In this document: one piece after another, positions 1 through 8,617 of the stretch
Layout of the letters: every line of letters begins with the position of its first letter
Numbering within the stretch: the first letter of the stretch is position 1
Origin: Acidobacteriaceae bacterium
GTDB taxonomy: Bacteria; Acidobacteriota; Terriglobia; Terriglobales; Acidobacteriaceae
Direction of reading: 5' to 3'
Length of the DNA stretch: 64,000 nucleotides
Assembly (NCBI GenBank): GCA_003165795.1
Contig: PMWW01000146.1
Coordinates: 11,489 to 75,488 of the forward strand
Notes under the pieces: model-generated
The model's database searches: none
Told to the model about the DNA's origin: nothing
Seen by the model: only the letters and a program-made list of their open reading frames with translations
Position numbers and translations under genes: made by a program

Positions 1-552
1 AGTCTTGGCTTCGGTCATGGTGACAACCGCTCGCGCCAATGCGCCCTCGGTGACCGGACAGTCAAGCAGCAGTTGTACATTGATGGTGCCAGTGCAGAGC
101 GCGGTTTCGGTCACGGACTCCGGCGTTTCGCGCCAAGTGGTGGGATCGCCTGCGCAGGCAGCGTTGCCCTGCACCCCGGCAGTCACGACCGCAGTCACCC
201 ATATGTCATCCTCACCGCGCTGGACGGCCATGGCATAGTTCATGTTGGCCGCGGTCCCCATGGTCGCGACGCACTCCGGATCGAGATCGAGCTCCCGGCA
301 AACCGCGCGATGGTACTCTTCCAGCCCCAGCTTCATCATGCAAGCGTGGCGCTCGTGATGGGCCGATCCTTCGCAACTTTGGTGGTTCACTAAGTAACGT
401 ATGCTGTCCGACTGACCGCCATTGCAAGCGGAAGTGCTGAGGACGCGATGAGGCGTCAGCAGCGCCATCACCAGGAACCGGCCCGAACGGCGGAGGGAGA
501 AGGCCGGACCTTCGAGTAGAGTTTCCCAGTGCATAGGAACCATAGAGATCAT
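1..552 (-). CDS. CbiZ-like adenosylcobinamide amidohydrolase (N-terminal part; gene runs off the window start)
   Basis: Not in the ORF track because it is edge-truncated. My own minus-strand translation gives ...RVLSTSACNGGQSDSIRYLVNHQSCEG...TMGTAANMNYAMAVQ...VTAVVTAGVQGNAACAGDP...GTINVQLLLDCPVTEGALARAVVTMTEAKT. This fits the CbiZ-family motifs I remember (S..nGG, TAGv.NA..aGD, GTIN, TEAK). ATG start candidates lie at 534-552. Same strand as, and downstream of, the acs genes. Confidence 0.5.
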   Translation of the reverse strand, partial: MISMVPMHWETLLEGPAFSLRRSGRFLVMALLTPHRVLSTSACNGGQSDSIRYLVNHQSCEGSAHHERHACMMKLGLEEYHRAVCRELDLDPECVATMGTAANMNYAMAVQRGEDDIWVTAVVTAGVQGNAACAGDPTTWRETPESVTETALCTGTINVQLLLDCPVTEGALARAVVTMTEAKT

Positions 553-712
553 AACAAGCGGTAGTCCGTTGATGGACTTGGCCGACCGCCGGGCAGCCGC
601 CGGATACTCGGGAAAAAAGGTGGCCGTCAGCGAAAAGTGGTGGCAAGAAAGTCAGCGGCCGCTCTCAACAGCCGCTGACCGGGTCAGGAGATCGAAGATC
701 AGTCGTTCAGTC

Positions 713-1618
713 TTACGCGTTCGCGTTAACCGGGAGGGCCCGCGCCACCTTAGCCATAGCCGTAATGTGGGCCGGAGTGCTCCCGCAGCAGCCACCGATA
801 ATGTTGGCGCCGGCTTGCACCAACTCGGCCACAAAGGAAGCCATGAGTTCGGGCGTCTCCTTGAATACCGTCTTGCCGTCTTCCATGACCGGCGGACCGG
901 CGTTGGCATGGATAAGAATCGGTACGTTGGGCGCGGCAGCCCGCATTTGCCGCGTGATTTCGATCATGTTGGAAATGCCATTACCGCAGTTGGCGCCTAC
1001 GATATCGGCTCCCGCCGCTGCCGCTACCTTGGCCGCGCGATCAGGCTTGACTCCCATCATGGTACGGAAACCCTTGATGCCCGGCTCGAAGGCGAAGGTG
1101 CAGATCACCGGCAGTTTGGTATTTTCCTTGGTGGCTTTGATGGCCTGCTCGGCTTCCACCACAGAGGACATAGTCTCTATGCAAATGGCGTCAGCCCCAC
1201 CTTCGGCCAGAGCAACTACCTGGGCCTTGAACGCTTCATACAACTGCTCGGCGGTGGTATCGCCGCCCTCCTCGATCACGATGTGCCCGGTTGGACCCAC
1301 CGACGCGGCTACATAGCCCTTGTCGCCCATGGCATGTTTCGCCAGCTTAGCGGCGGCAACGTTGATTTCATGGACCTTGTCGGACAGTCCATAACCCTTC
1401 AGTTTGAACGAAGTGGCGCCGAACGAATTAGTTTCCACTACGTCGGAACCGGCGGTTACGTACGCCTCGGCGATTTCTTCTACCTCTTTGGGATGGCTGA
1501 CGCACCACGATTCGGGGCATTCCCCTCCTTCCATCCCTTTGGCAAACAGGAAGGTACCCATAGCTCCATCGGAGATAAGGATCTCGCCTGCCTTGATACG
1601 TTCCAAAAGACTCTTCAC
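713..1618 (-). CDS. Stand-alone homocysteine S-methyltransferase domain protein (MetH N-terminal/BHMT-type, Zn-thiol methyltransferase)
   Basis: 301 aa. ISDGAMGT...ETNSFGA...DAICIETM...GANCGNG...IGGCCGSTPAHI match the S-methyl_trans TIM barrel with its Zn-binding Cys (C...CC). The start overlaps the RACo stop by 4 nt (1615-1618). Confidence 0.8.
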   Translation of the reverse strand: MKSLLERIKAGEILISDGAMGTFLFAKGMEGGECPESWCVSHPKEVEEIAEAYVTAGSDVVETNSFGATSFKLKGYGLSDKVHEINVAAAKLAKHAMGDKGYVAASVGPTGHIVIEEGGDTTAEQLYEAFKAQVVALAEGGADAICIETMSSVVEAEQAIKATKENTKLPVICTFAFEPGIKGFRTMMGVKPDRAAKVAAAAGADIVGANCGNGISNMIEITRQMRAAAPNVPILIHANAGPPVMEDGKTVFKETPELMASFVAELVQAGANIIGGCCGSTPAHITAMAKVARALPVNANA

Positions 1619-3483
1619 GATGCTTTCCTCCTTCGACTTTCAAATGTTTCTGCTACCGTTGGAAACTGCTCCAAGTCCGTGTGGGGAAGGAATAGAGCCT
1701 TCACATAGCTGTCCATGTATTGCGGATTGGAGCTCATATCGACATAGGTTATGCGGGCGGCAATCTCCGCCAGACGACGGCGATGCTCCCGCGACAGCAG
1801 CGCAATATACGCGCCAGTAAGAGAAGAATTCCCGATGTAACGGAACCGGTCCAGCGGCAAGTCGGGCAGCATGCCGATGAAAACCGCGTCCGCGATCCGC
1901 ATGTATCGCCCAAAGCCGCCCGCGATGTAGACGCGAGCGACAGCGTCCCAAGTGAGGCCGACGTTTTCGAGAACCAGTGAGCAGGCGGCATAGATCGCCG
2001 CTTTGGTGCGGATCAGGTTCTCCAAGTCAGCCTCGGTGATTACCAGGTCCTTGCCGGTCCGGGTTTGCTCGGCAGTGGCCAACCGGAACGCGCGGCGACT
2101 GTCTTGTTGCACGATCCGGCCCGTGCCGGGTGACTCGAAGAAGCGGCCGGAGCGGTCCACAACTTCCTGCCGAAACAGTTCGCCCACCAGCGAGATGAGA
2201 CCGGATCCGCAGATGCCTGCCGGCTTGCCGCCACCGATCACGGAGAACTCTAAGCGGGCCCCGTTGTCGCCAATAGCCACCCGCTCGATGGCGCCTTCGG
2301 CCGCCCGCATTCCGCACTTAATTCCCGCTCCCTCGAACGCCGGACCCGCCGAGCAGGCGCAAGCCACCATCCAATCCGCATTGCCGATTACGATCTCGCC
2401 ATTGGTACCAATATCCATGAAGAGAAAGACATCGTGGGCGTTGGTAGACAAGTCGGTGCATAACAGGCCGGAAGTAATGTCGCCTCCGACGTAGCTGCCC
2501 ACGCCGGGGGCACAAACCACGATGGCCTGCGGATCGATATTTAGGCCGACGTCCTGGGCGCGCAGTTCGGGAACGGAGTTCACCGTCGGGACGTAAGGCG
2601 CCTCCCGGATGTAGCGCGGAGGCAAACCGAGCAGCAGGTGAGTCATGGTCGTGTTGCCGGCAACAAAGGCCGCGCGAATGTTCTGCGGCTCAATCGAAAT
2701 TTCGCCGGCCAGCTGCCGGACCAGACCATTGATGGTTTCCAGCACCAGGCCGCGGAGTTCCTCCAGGCGTTCCGGATTGCGGGCGTAGTCGATGCGACTG
2801 ATTACGTCCGACCCCCGCCGGATCTGCAGATTGTAGGAAGTCTGCGTGGCCAGCAACGATCCGTCATCCAAGTCAATCAGTTGCACCGCCACGGTGGTGG
2901 TGCCGATATCGACGGCCAAACCGAGCGGATGCTCGGGGCTGTCCCCCGCTTGCACATGGCGGACGCGCAACCCCGATGCGGATTCCTCGACGCCAACCGT
3001 GATGTCGCCATTGGCGGCCCGAACCGCTTCCGCCAACTCGCGCAGCACCGTGAGCTCGCTAGTGATGGGAGCAGGCCCGCCATTACGGCTCAATTCGCGG
3101 GTGAGGCGTGTCCAATCGCTATAGTGCTCCTCGATGGAAGCCGGCGGCACGGCCAGCCGCTGGTTTCGGTACAGCGGCGTGAGGCGGTCCCGGTCCGGCA
3201 GCAGCTTGGGGTCGATCAGGGAATGGCTGTCGCCCAGCACCCGTAATCCCTGTTGGCTGCGATCGGGCAGCCGTACCACAATGTCTGACACGACTTTGGT
3301 CTGGCAAGCCAGAACGGAGGTCGGGCGTCCCTCCACTTCTACGGAACACAACCCGCAGGAACCTTCGCCTCCACACGGCAACTCCAAGTCGAGGATGCCG
3401 GCACGCAACGCTGCCTCGTGGATCAGCGTTCCGGCCGGCACCTCGGCCACGACGTTGGCGGGCTGGAAGCGAACCGATGGCAT
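1615..3483 (-). CDS. RACo/AcsV-type ATP-dependent reductive activator of corrinoid proteins (2Fe-2S ferredoxin domain plus ASKHA ATPase domain)
   Basis: 622 aa. N-terminal plant-type ferredoxin motif LPCGGEGSCGLCSV...LACQ. ASKHA phosphate motifs AVDIGTTTVAV and FMDIGTNGEIVIG. Lies 4 nt downstream of acsC. Confidence 0.85.
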   Translation of the reverse strand: MPSVRFQPANVVAEVPAGTLIHEAALRAGILDLELPCGGEGSCGLCSVEVEGRPTSVLACQTKVVSDIVVRLPDRSQQGLRVLGDSHSLIDPKLLPDRDRLTPLYRNQRLAVPPASIEEHYSDWTRLTRELSRNGGPAPITSELTVLRELAEAVRAANGDITVGVEESASGLRVRHVQAGDSPEHPLGLAVDIGTTTVAVQLIDLDDGSLLATQTSYNLQIRRGSDVISRIDYARNPERLEELRGLVLETINGLVRQLAGEISIEPQNIRAAFVAGNTTMTHLLLGLPPRYIREAPYVPTVNSVPELRAQDVGLNIDPQAIVVCAPGVGSYVGGDITSGLLCTDLSTNAHDVFLFMDIGTNGEIVIGNADWMVACACSAGPAFEGAGIKCGMRAAEGAIERVAIGDNGARLEFSVIGGGKPAGICGSGLISLVGELFRQEVVDRSGRFFESPGTGRIVQQDSRRAFRLATAEQTRTGKDLVITEADLENLIRTKAAIYAACSLVLENVGLTWDAVARVYIAGGFGRYMRIADAVFIGMLPDLPLDRFRYIGNSSLTGAYIALLSREHRRRLAEIAARITYVDMSSNPQYMDSYVKALFLPHTDLEQFPTVAETFESRRRKAS

Positions 3484-3487
3484 GGCT

Positions 3488-4828
3488 TTACCGTGCGTCT
3501 TGGATCTTCATGTACGAGCCGAGATCCGAGGCCTCACCCGGACCAACCAGCACCTCCCAGCCGGGCAAGCCTTCCTCGATTTCGCCGCTGATTTGCGAGA
3601 CATAGCCGGGAATGATGATGCGGTGTTTTCCCTGGTCGGCAAGGTCAGTGGCCTTCACCGCATTAGCCACCTTTTCGCCCGAGAACTTGCCCGCGGCCCA
3701 TCCCGTTAGCACGCTCATGCCTTCGGTATCCACGACGAGTAAGTTCGCCGGGATGCCCGAGTTTTCAATTTCGCCGGAGACCAGGAAGTAGGTCAGGGAG
3801 AAATTGGTGGTGACCAGCACCGGAGAGTCCTTGCCGGTCTCGCCGATGGGATAGACCTTGGGATCGACCTGAATCGGCTTCTGCGGGTCGGTGTAGATGT
3901 TCTGCCGCAGCATCATCAAAGGCAGCAGGACTTCGAGCTTGATGCGGTCGAGCACTACGATGGACCCGTATTTGCACAGGAAAGTCGAGGCATCGGCAAC
4001 CACCGACGCGTCGTCCAGCGCGGTCACGAAGTTAATGATGGGATAGCCCAGCGGCTCGAAGGAATTCTTCAGCGCCGCCTTGCGGATGAGGGTGTTGTAC
4101 TGCAAGGTGGCTGCGGGATTGTCGGCCGGCAGGTCGAGCACGATGTCCTTCAGCCCCAGAGCGGCCAACTTGGTGGTCAGGGCCACCAACTCGTCGATGG
4201 TGGCCGCGCGGGCCACAATCGGCGCATCATACTTCAACGCCAAGGCCGCGACGGCATCGGCGTTAGCCGGGGTGGCGGCGTGAATCAAGGGCCGCTGGCC
4301 TGGCAACTCTTTCAGCCCGGCTTCCAGCGCGTCCAGGTTCGAGCTCCGCAGGATAATGCCCATGCCGGTAGAACCCGCTGCGGTCTTCACCAGATCGACG
4401 AAGGGTTTGACCTCTTCGCTGAAGTTGTCGACCAGCACCAGGTTGACGCGCAGTTGCTCGCCTACCCGTTCCAGGCAATAGTCCCGCACCTCGGCGATGC
4501 CGTGGCCACAATTGGAGAGCGGCTCATTGTCGGCAAAAGCGATGGCGATGGCGGTGGGGTGAACAAAGGTTTTGTCGTGGCGGAACATGACCGTCTCGTT
4601 GCCGATCAGGACTTCGCGTTCCGGCGGTCCGATCTTCACCAGGCGGATGGGCGGCTTGCTGGCCGCCCCGACAGTTTTGATGGCTTCTTCCGAAGCGTAA
4701 GGACAAGCCGCAAGTTCGGCGTTCTTGGCGGCCAGCTTCATGGCGAAAGCCATGCAGGTGGGTACACCACACTCGCCGCAGTTGGTCTTGGGCAGCAGCT
4801 TAAAGATTTGTAAACCAGTCATTGCCAT
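3488..4828 (-). CDS. acsC: Corrinoid iron-sulfur protein large subunit (AcsC/CdhE)
   Basis: 446 aa. N-terminal 4Fe-4S motif KTNCGECGVPTCMAFAMKLA...ACPY followed by TIM-barrel and corrinoid-binding parts. Lies 12 nt downstream of the acsB-acsD ORF. Confidence 0.9.
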   Translation of the reverse strand: MAMTGLQIFKLLPKTNCGECGVPTCMAFAMKLAAKNAELAACPYASEEAIKTVGAASKPPIRLVKIGPPEREVLIGNETVMFRHDKTFVHPTAIAIAFADNEPLSNCGHGIAEVRDYCLERVGEQLRVNLVLVDNFSEEVKPFVDLVKTAAGSTGMGIILRSSNLDALEAGLKELPGQRPLIHAATPANADAVAALALKYDAPIVARAATIDELVALTTKLAALGLKDIVLDLPADNPAATLQYNTLIRKAALKNSFEPLGYPIINFVTALDDASVVADASTFLCKYGSIVVLDRIKLEVLLPLMMLRQNIYTDPQKPIQVDPKVYPIGETGKDSPVLVTTNFSLTYFLVSGEIENSGIPANLLVVDTEGMSVLTGWAAGKFSGEKVANAVKATDLADQGKHRIIIPGYVSQISGEIEEGLPGWEVLVGPGEASDLGSYMKIQDAR

Positions 4829-4840
4829 TTTGTGGTCACC

Positions 4841-7800
4841 TCACTTACCAGAGCACATCATTTCGTCAATCTTGCGCTTGAGGGTGCGAGCAGCCAGCGG
4901 GTGGTAAACCACCAGCAGGTCCGCTCCCGCATTCAGGTAACACGCCGCCGTGGCGATCTCCAGCAGGGCTTCGCGCTCGTCTTCGCTTCCCCACAGGGGG
5001 AAGTCCTTACGTGCGGCCCGGCTCTCCTTCACCTTCGACACTTCAAAGCCGGAGTTCACCATCATGGGCATGGCCAGCATCGGATCGCCGGTAAAGGCCG
5101 AGGAGCGAATGCGTTCCATCACCGAGTAGGTGTATTCCAAGCCGTAGCCCACGGAGCTGGTCAGGGGATCGACGAGAATGTGGTCGGGTTGTACGCCCAT
5201 GGTGGTAAGCAGGATGTTGAGCTGCTTGCACATGTTGACGTCGATGGGAGTCTGCGCCACTACGCAGTGGCCGTAAGCCATGACGGTGGCGGCGATGGTC
5301 TTGTAGTTGTCGGTTTCCACCCAGTTCAACAGCAGGTTTTCTCCGGCAAAGGTGGAAGCGATGTGCTTCATCACGGAGTTGTTCTTTTCGAAGTGGCTGC
5401 AACCGGTAACGATTATCGGTACCCCCACCGCGCCCAGAATGTCCTTCACGATGTCGCCGGCCGCTTCCGCAGACATGTCGCCATTGTCAGGATGGCAGGT
5501 CGCCAGGCGGACACTGATGATTTCCGCACCCAGCTTCTCCACCAGATGGCGGGCCATGGCCTTCGGGTCCTTGAGCAGGTCTCCATAAGCGTTGCGCAGG
5601 AGATCAGGATACGACTTCGGCGGGCTGTCCAACACCTCCATGGCAATCACGGGTTTGTGACCCACGTTGCCCTCATAGTGGCGGAAGGGCAATACCTCAG
5701 CCCCGCCCAGGACGACCGACGAAGTGCGGGTCCCGCTGCCGCCCAGAGTGATGGTGCGGACGGCGACATTGGCTTTGTCCGGAACCACGGTCACTGACTT
5801 CGGCAACACGATGGCCGCCGAAGTGATGGGCCGTTCCACGCCTTCTGGTGGCGGCGCGGGCTTGGACGGGCGCGGCTTAACTTCGGCCGCTTTGGTTGGG
5901 GCGGCACTGGAGGCGGTGATCTGGGCTTCCAATTCCGCTTCGGTCGGCAGGCAGCTCGGACAGCTGTCCGTGGCAGGCACGGCGGCGGCCGAGGCCGAAG
6001 CTAACATGCCGGTTTGCATCAGCAGCATGTTGGCGCCGGCGTGCAGCAAGTGCATGGCAGTCGAGGCTTGCAGGACCGCCATCTGCTGCATCGGCGTCAT
6101 TCCCGGTTGAATCTCGGTGGCGGGAGGAGCGCTGCGCAGCTGTTCCAGTAGGCTGATAAGGGCCCCCATACCGTCATTACTTGGCGGAATGGGCGGTGCC
6201 GCTTGCCCGGCGGACGGCGCCGCAGCCGGGGACTTGGCCACGGGAGGCTTGGTACCCGTTGTACTGGCGGCGATGGTCGTCGTCGGCGTCGCAGCCGGAG
6301 GTTCGGCCACCGCTACGGCGGTATCGGCGACGGTGGTGGTCGAGGCCCCTCCACCCGAGGCTGCAGCTTGTACCACGGCGCCGCGGGCAGCGTCGACGGC
6401 GGCAGCTTCCTCTGACGGAGTGGTAATGTCCCACATTGTCAGAGCAGGGTGGCTAACCTTCTCCATGAAGGCCTGCACCGAGGTGATATCGGTACCGTTG
6501 GTCTCGTCGGCGATCAGGTCGGTGAAGTTTTCGACGCCAAAGGTCTTGCCGACTTTGTCGAGATCTTCCCGCAGAAAGTCCTTGAGGTCTTTGGGCATCC
6601 AGACAATGCGCTTGTGGCCGCCCTCGGCGGAGATGAACTTACGGCTGGTGATGTAGGCCTTGCCTACGCCGACGAATCCCGGTACCTGCTGACCGCCGCC
6701 GGCCGTGTTCGCTAGGGTGGAAAACTTCATCCCAGCGGGCGTTTCGCCCAGGTATTCGCGATTCACGATCATGACCCCGTTGACTTCCGGCATCAAGGCC
6801 ACGATGGCCTCGAAGCAGCCGCAACTGGTCATGGGATCTTCCAGCAGCGAGTAAGCGTTGAAGCGGGCCAGCGTCTGCTTGGAATTGGCGTAAACGTAAT
6901 CGTTGATGTTGGCCCACTGCCCGCGCACGGGATCGATGCACTCGCCTTTGATCAGCGGCTGATTGGGGCCGGTAGGATCGATCTCGTAGGCCGCCTTGCC
7001 GTCCAGCCAGTTGTAGGCGCCGCACAATCCCAGCCGTTCCGGGGTGATGACGCAAACATGGTTGGGAGCGAAGCTCTGACAGAGCAGGCAGGAGTAGAAG
7101 GTATCGACGCTCTCGTCGGTAAGCGACTCCATGCGTTGATTGCGGGCGCGATAGGAGTGGCGGGCGACGTCGATCCGCTCGGTTACATCTTTGGCGTCGG
7201 TGAACAGTGTCACCTGCACCTTGTCCACGATGGCGGGATAGTCGTTCAGGAACTTGGCATGCAGGATCTCGCCCAGGTGACGGATCTTGAAGCCCTTGTC
7301 CTTAGCGCCCTTGCTGATACGGATCCAGTTGATGTCGCGCTGACCCATGTGCCAGATACCTTCGGCGCCATTGATCAAGTGATGGATCTGGCGTTCGAGA
7401 ATCGGCTCGAAGTCAGGCTGCATTTTGCGCCCGGCAACTTCCACCCAAATGCCGATGGGCAGTGCGGGCAGCTCTTTGCTGTCGGGGTCGACTACAACAT
7501 CGTCGATTTCGGGGCCGACCACGGTGATCTTGCCGTCTTCCACCTCGGTGATATCCAGCGTGGTGACGTACTCGAAGCCCGGCGTCTTGTTGCCGCCGAA
7601 CTCGACGTAGGTTTGCTCCTTGCGGATGCGCTCGCCTTCGAAGGCGGCGCCAAACGCCACCGGGATGGGCACCTTGGCGACTTTGATCTTGCAGCCGCGG
7701 ACTTCCAGGCACTTCTCCACGATGTGGTCGATGGGCACGTTGGAGACAACATGCTCGTAGGTACAAATGCCGGTGGGCAGGATCTGCGGAATGTCAGTAT

Positions 7801-8617
7801 CGGCAATGGTGGGAAAGCCGTAACTGATCGCGCCCGCGGCGGCGGCGTATTTCTCTTCGGTCACTTCGCCTAGCGCCATAACGAAGGCGAAAGTGCGGTT
7901 CTTATTGTATTTAAGATTGCGTGCGTAATCGCCCGGCTTGACTCCGCCGAAGCTGAGGGCCACGCGGTTGGCAAATCCCAAGGCATAGACCGCTGCCGAG
8001 ATCTCCTTACCGAAGGGCACCAGCCGGGTATCCCAACCTAGTTCAACCTCCGCCTCCGCCAACTGCTCGGAGAAAGATGTGCCGTGACTATGCCCGGCCA
8101 TGAAGACGTAAAGGTTCTTCTCTTGCAACTCGCGGGCGATGCGGACGGCGTGCTCGACCGACGGTGCGGCGCCCACGATGGCAGCGAAGCCGGGGGCGGA
8201 GCCGTCGACAAACTCGACACCGCGTTCGCGAATGATCACGTCATTGGCTGCTCCCAGCCAGATGCCGTTGACCGGATTGGGGCCGATGAGATATTTGCAA
8301 GCCTCGATAATTTCGAAGGCGAACAGAGTGGCGATACCCGAATCGAGGGTGCCACCCAGGTAAGGTAACCAGTTATTGTCGCTGGGTACGGCCGGCAGCA
8401 GCCGGTTGCACTCATCGAGAATTTTCTGCATGTCCGAGAGCCGGTCCACTCGTTCGCCCAACAGCGAGTAAATGACCGGCAGGGAGTAAGCGGTGTCTGG
8501 AAAGCCCACTTCACAATCGCTGCCTTTGGCCGCGATGGCTTTTGCCAGGTAGTCTTCCGCGTCGCGCACAATCTGGTGGGCGCCGCGGATTGCCGACGAT
8601 GCGATGATTTTGCTCAT
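4841..8617 (-). CDS. acsB: Fused acetyl-CoA synthase (AcsB) and CFeSP small subunit (AcsD) joined by a low-complexity linker
   Basis: 1258 aa uninterrupted ORF. Residues 1-735 (nt about 6412-8617) are ACS, with the A-cluster motifs SCLLCQSFAPNHVCVITPERLGLCGA and MTSCGCFEAIV. Residues about 740-930 (nt about 5820-6400) are an Ala/Pro/Thr/Met/Gln-rich linker. The last about 320 aa (nt 4841 to about 5820) look like AcsD/CdhD (...VIAMEVLD...IISVRLATCHPD...VPIIVTGCSH...VDPLTSSVGYGLEY...). Confidence 0.85.
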   Translation of the reverse strand: MSKIIASSAIRGAHQIVRDAEDYLAKAIAAKGSDCEVGFPDTAYSLPVIYSLLGERVDRLSDMQKILDECNRLLPAVPSDNNWLPYLGGTLDSGIATLFAFEIIEACKYLIGPNPVNGIWLGAANDVIIRERGVEFVDGSAPGFAAIVGAAPSVEHAVRIARELQEKNLYVFMAGHSHGTSFSEQLAEAEVELGWDTRLVPFGKEISAAVYALGFANRVALSFGGVKPGDYARNLKYNKNRTFAFVMALGEVTEEKYAAAAGAISYGFPTIADTDIPQILPTGICTYEHVVSNVPIDHIVEKCLEVRGCKIKVAKVPIPVAFGAAFEGERIRKEQTYVEFGGNKTPGFEYVTTLDITEVEDGKITVVGPEIDDVVVDPDSKELPALPIGIWVEVAGRKMQPDFEPILERQIHHLINGAEGIWHMGQRDINWIRISKGAKDKGFKIRHLGEILHAKFLNDYPAIVDKVQVTLFTDAKDVTERIDVARHSYRARNQRMESLTDESVDTFYSCLLCQSFAPNHVCVITPERLGLCGAYNWLDGKAAYEIDPTGPNQPLIKGECIDPVRGQWANINDYVYANSKQTLARFNAYSLLEDPMTSCGCFEAIVALMPEVNGVMIVNREYLGETPAGMKFSTLANTAGGGQQVPGFVGVGKAYITSRKFISAEGGHKRIVWMPKDLKDFLREDLDKVGKTFGVENFTDLIADETNGTDITSVQAFMEKVSHPALTMWDITTPSEEAAAVDAARGAVVQAAASGGGASTTTVADTAVAVAEPPAATPTTTIAASTTGTKPPVAKSPAAAPSAGQAAPPIPPSNDGMGALISLLEQLRSAPPATEIQPGMTPMQQMAVLQASTAMHLLHAGANMLLMQTGMLASASAAAVPATDSCPSCLPTEAELEAQITASSAAPTKAAEVKPRPSKPAPPPEGVERPITSAAIVLPKSVTVVPDKANVAVRTITLGGSGTRTSSVVLGGAEVLPFRHYEGNVGHKPVIAMEVLDSPPKSYPDLLRNAYGDLLKDPKAMARHLVEKLGAEIISVRLATCHPDNGDMSAEAAGDIVKDILGAVGVPIIVTGCSHFEKNNSVMKHIASTFAGENLLLNWVETDNYKTIAATVMAYGHCVVAQTPIDVNMCKQLNILLTTMGVQPDHILVDPLTSSVGYGLEYTYSVMERIRSSAFTGDPMLAMPMMVNSGFEVSKVKESRAARKDFPLWGSEDEREALLEIATAACYLNAGADLLVVYHPLAARTLKRKIDEMMCSGK

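Noticed and set aside
212-646. 144-aa minus ORF and the 5-238/73-393 plus ORFs at the window start.
   Set aside because: Composition looks non-coding (Arg/Pro/Gly-rich). A different minus frame gives a coherent CbiZ-like sequence.
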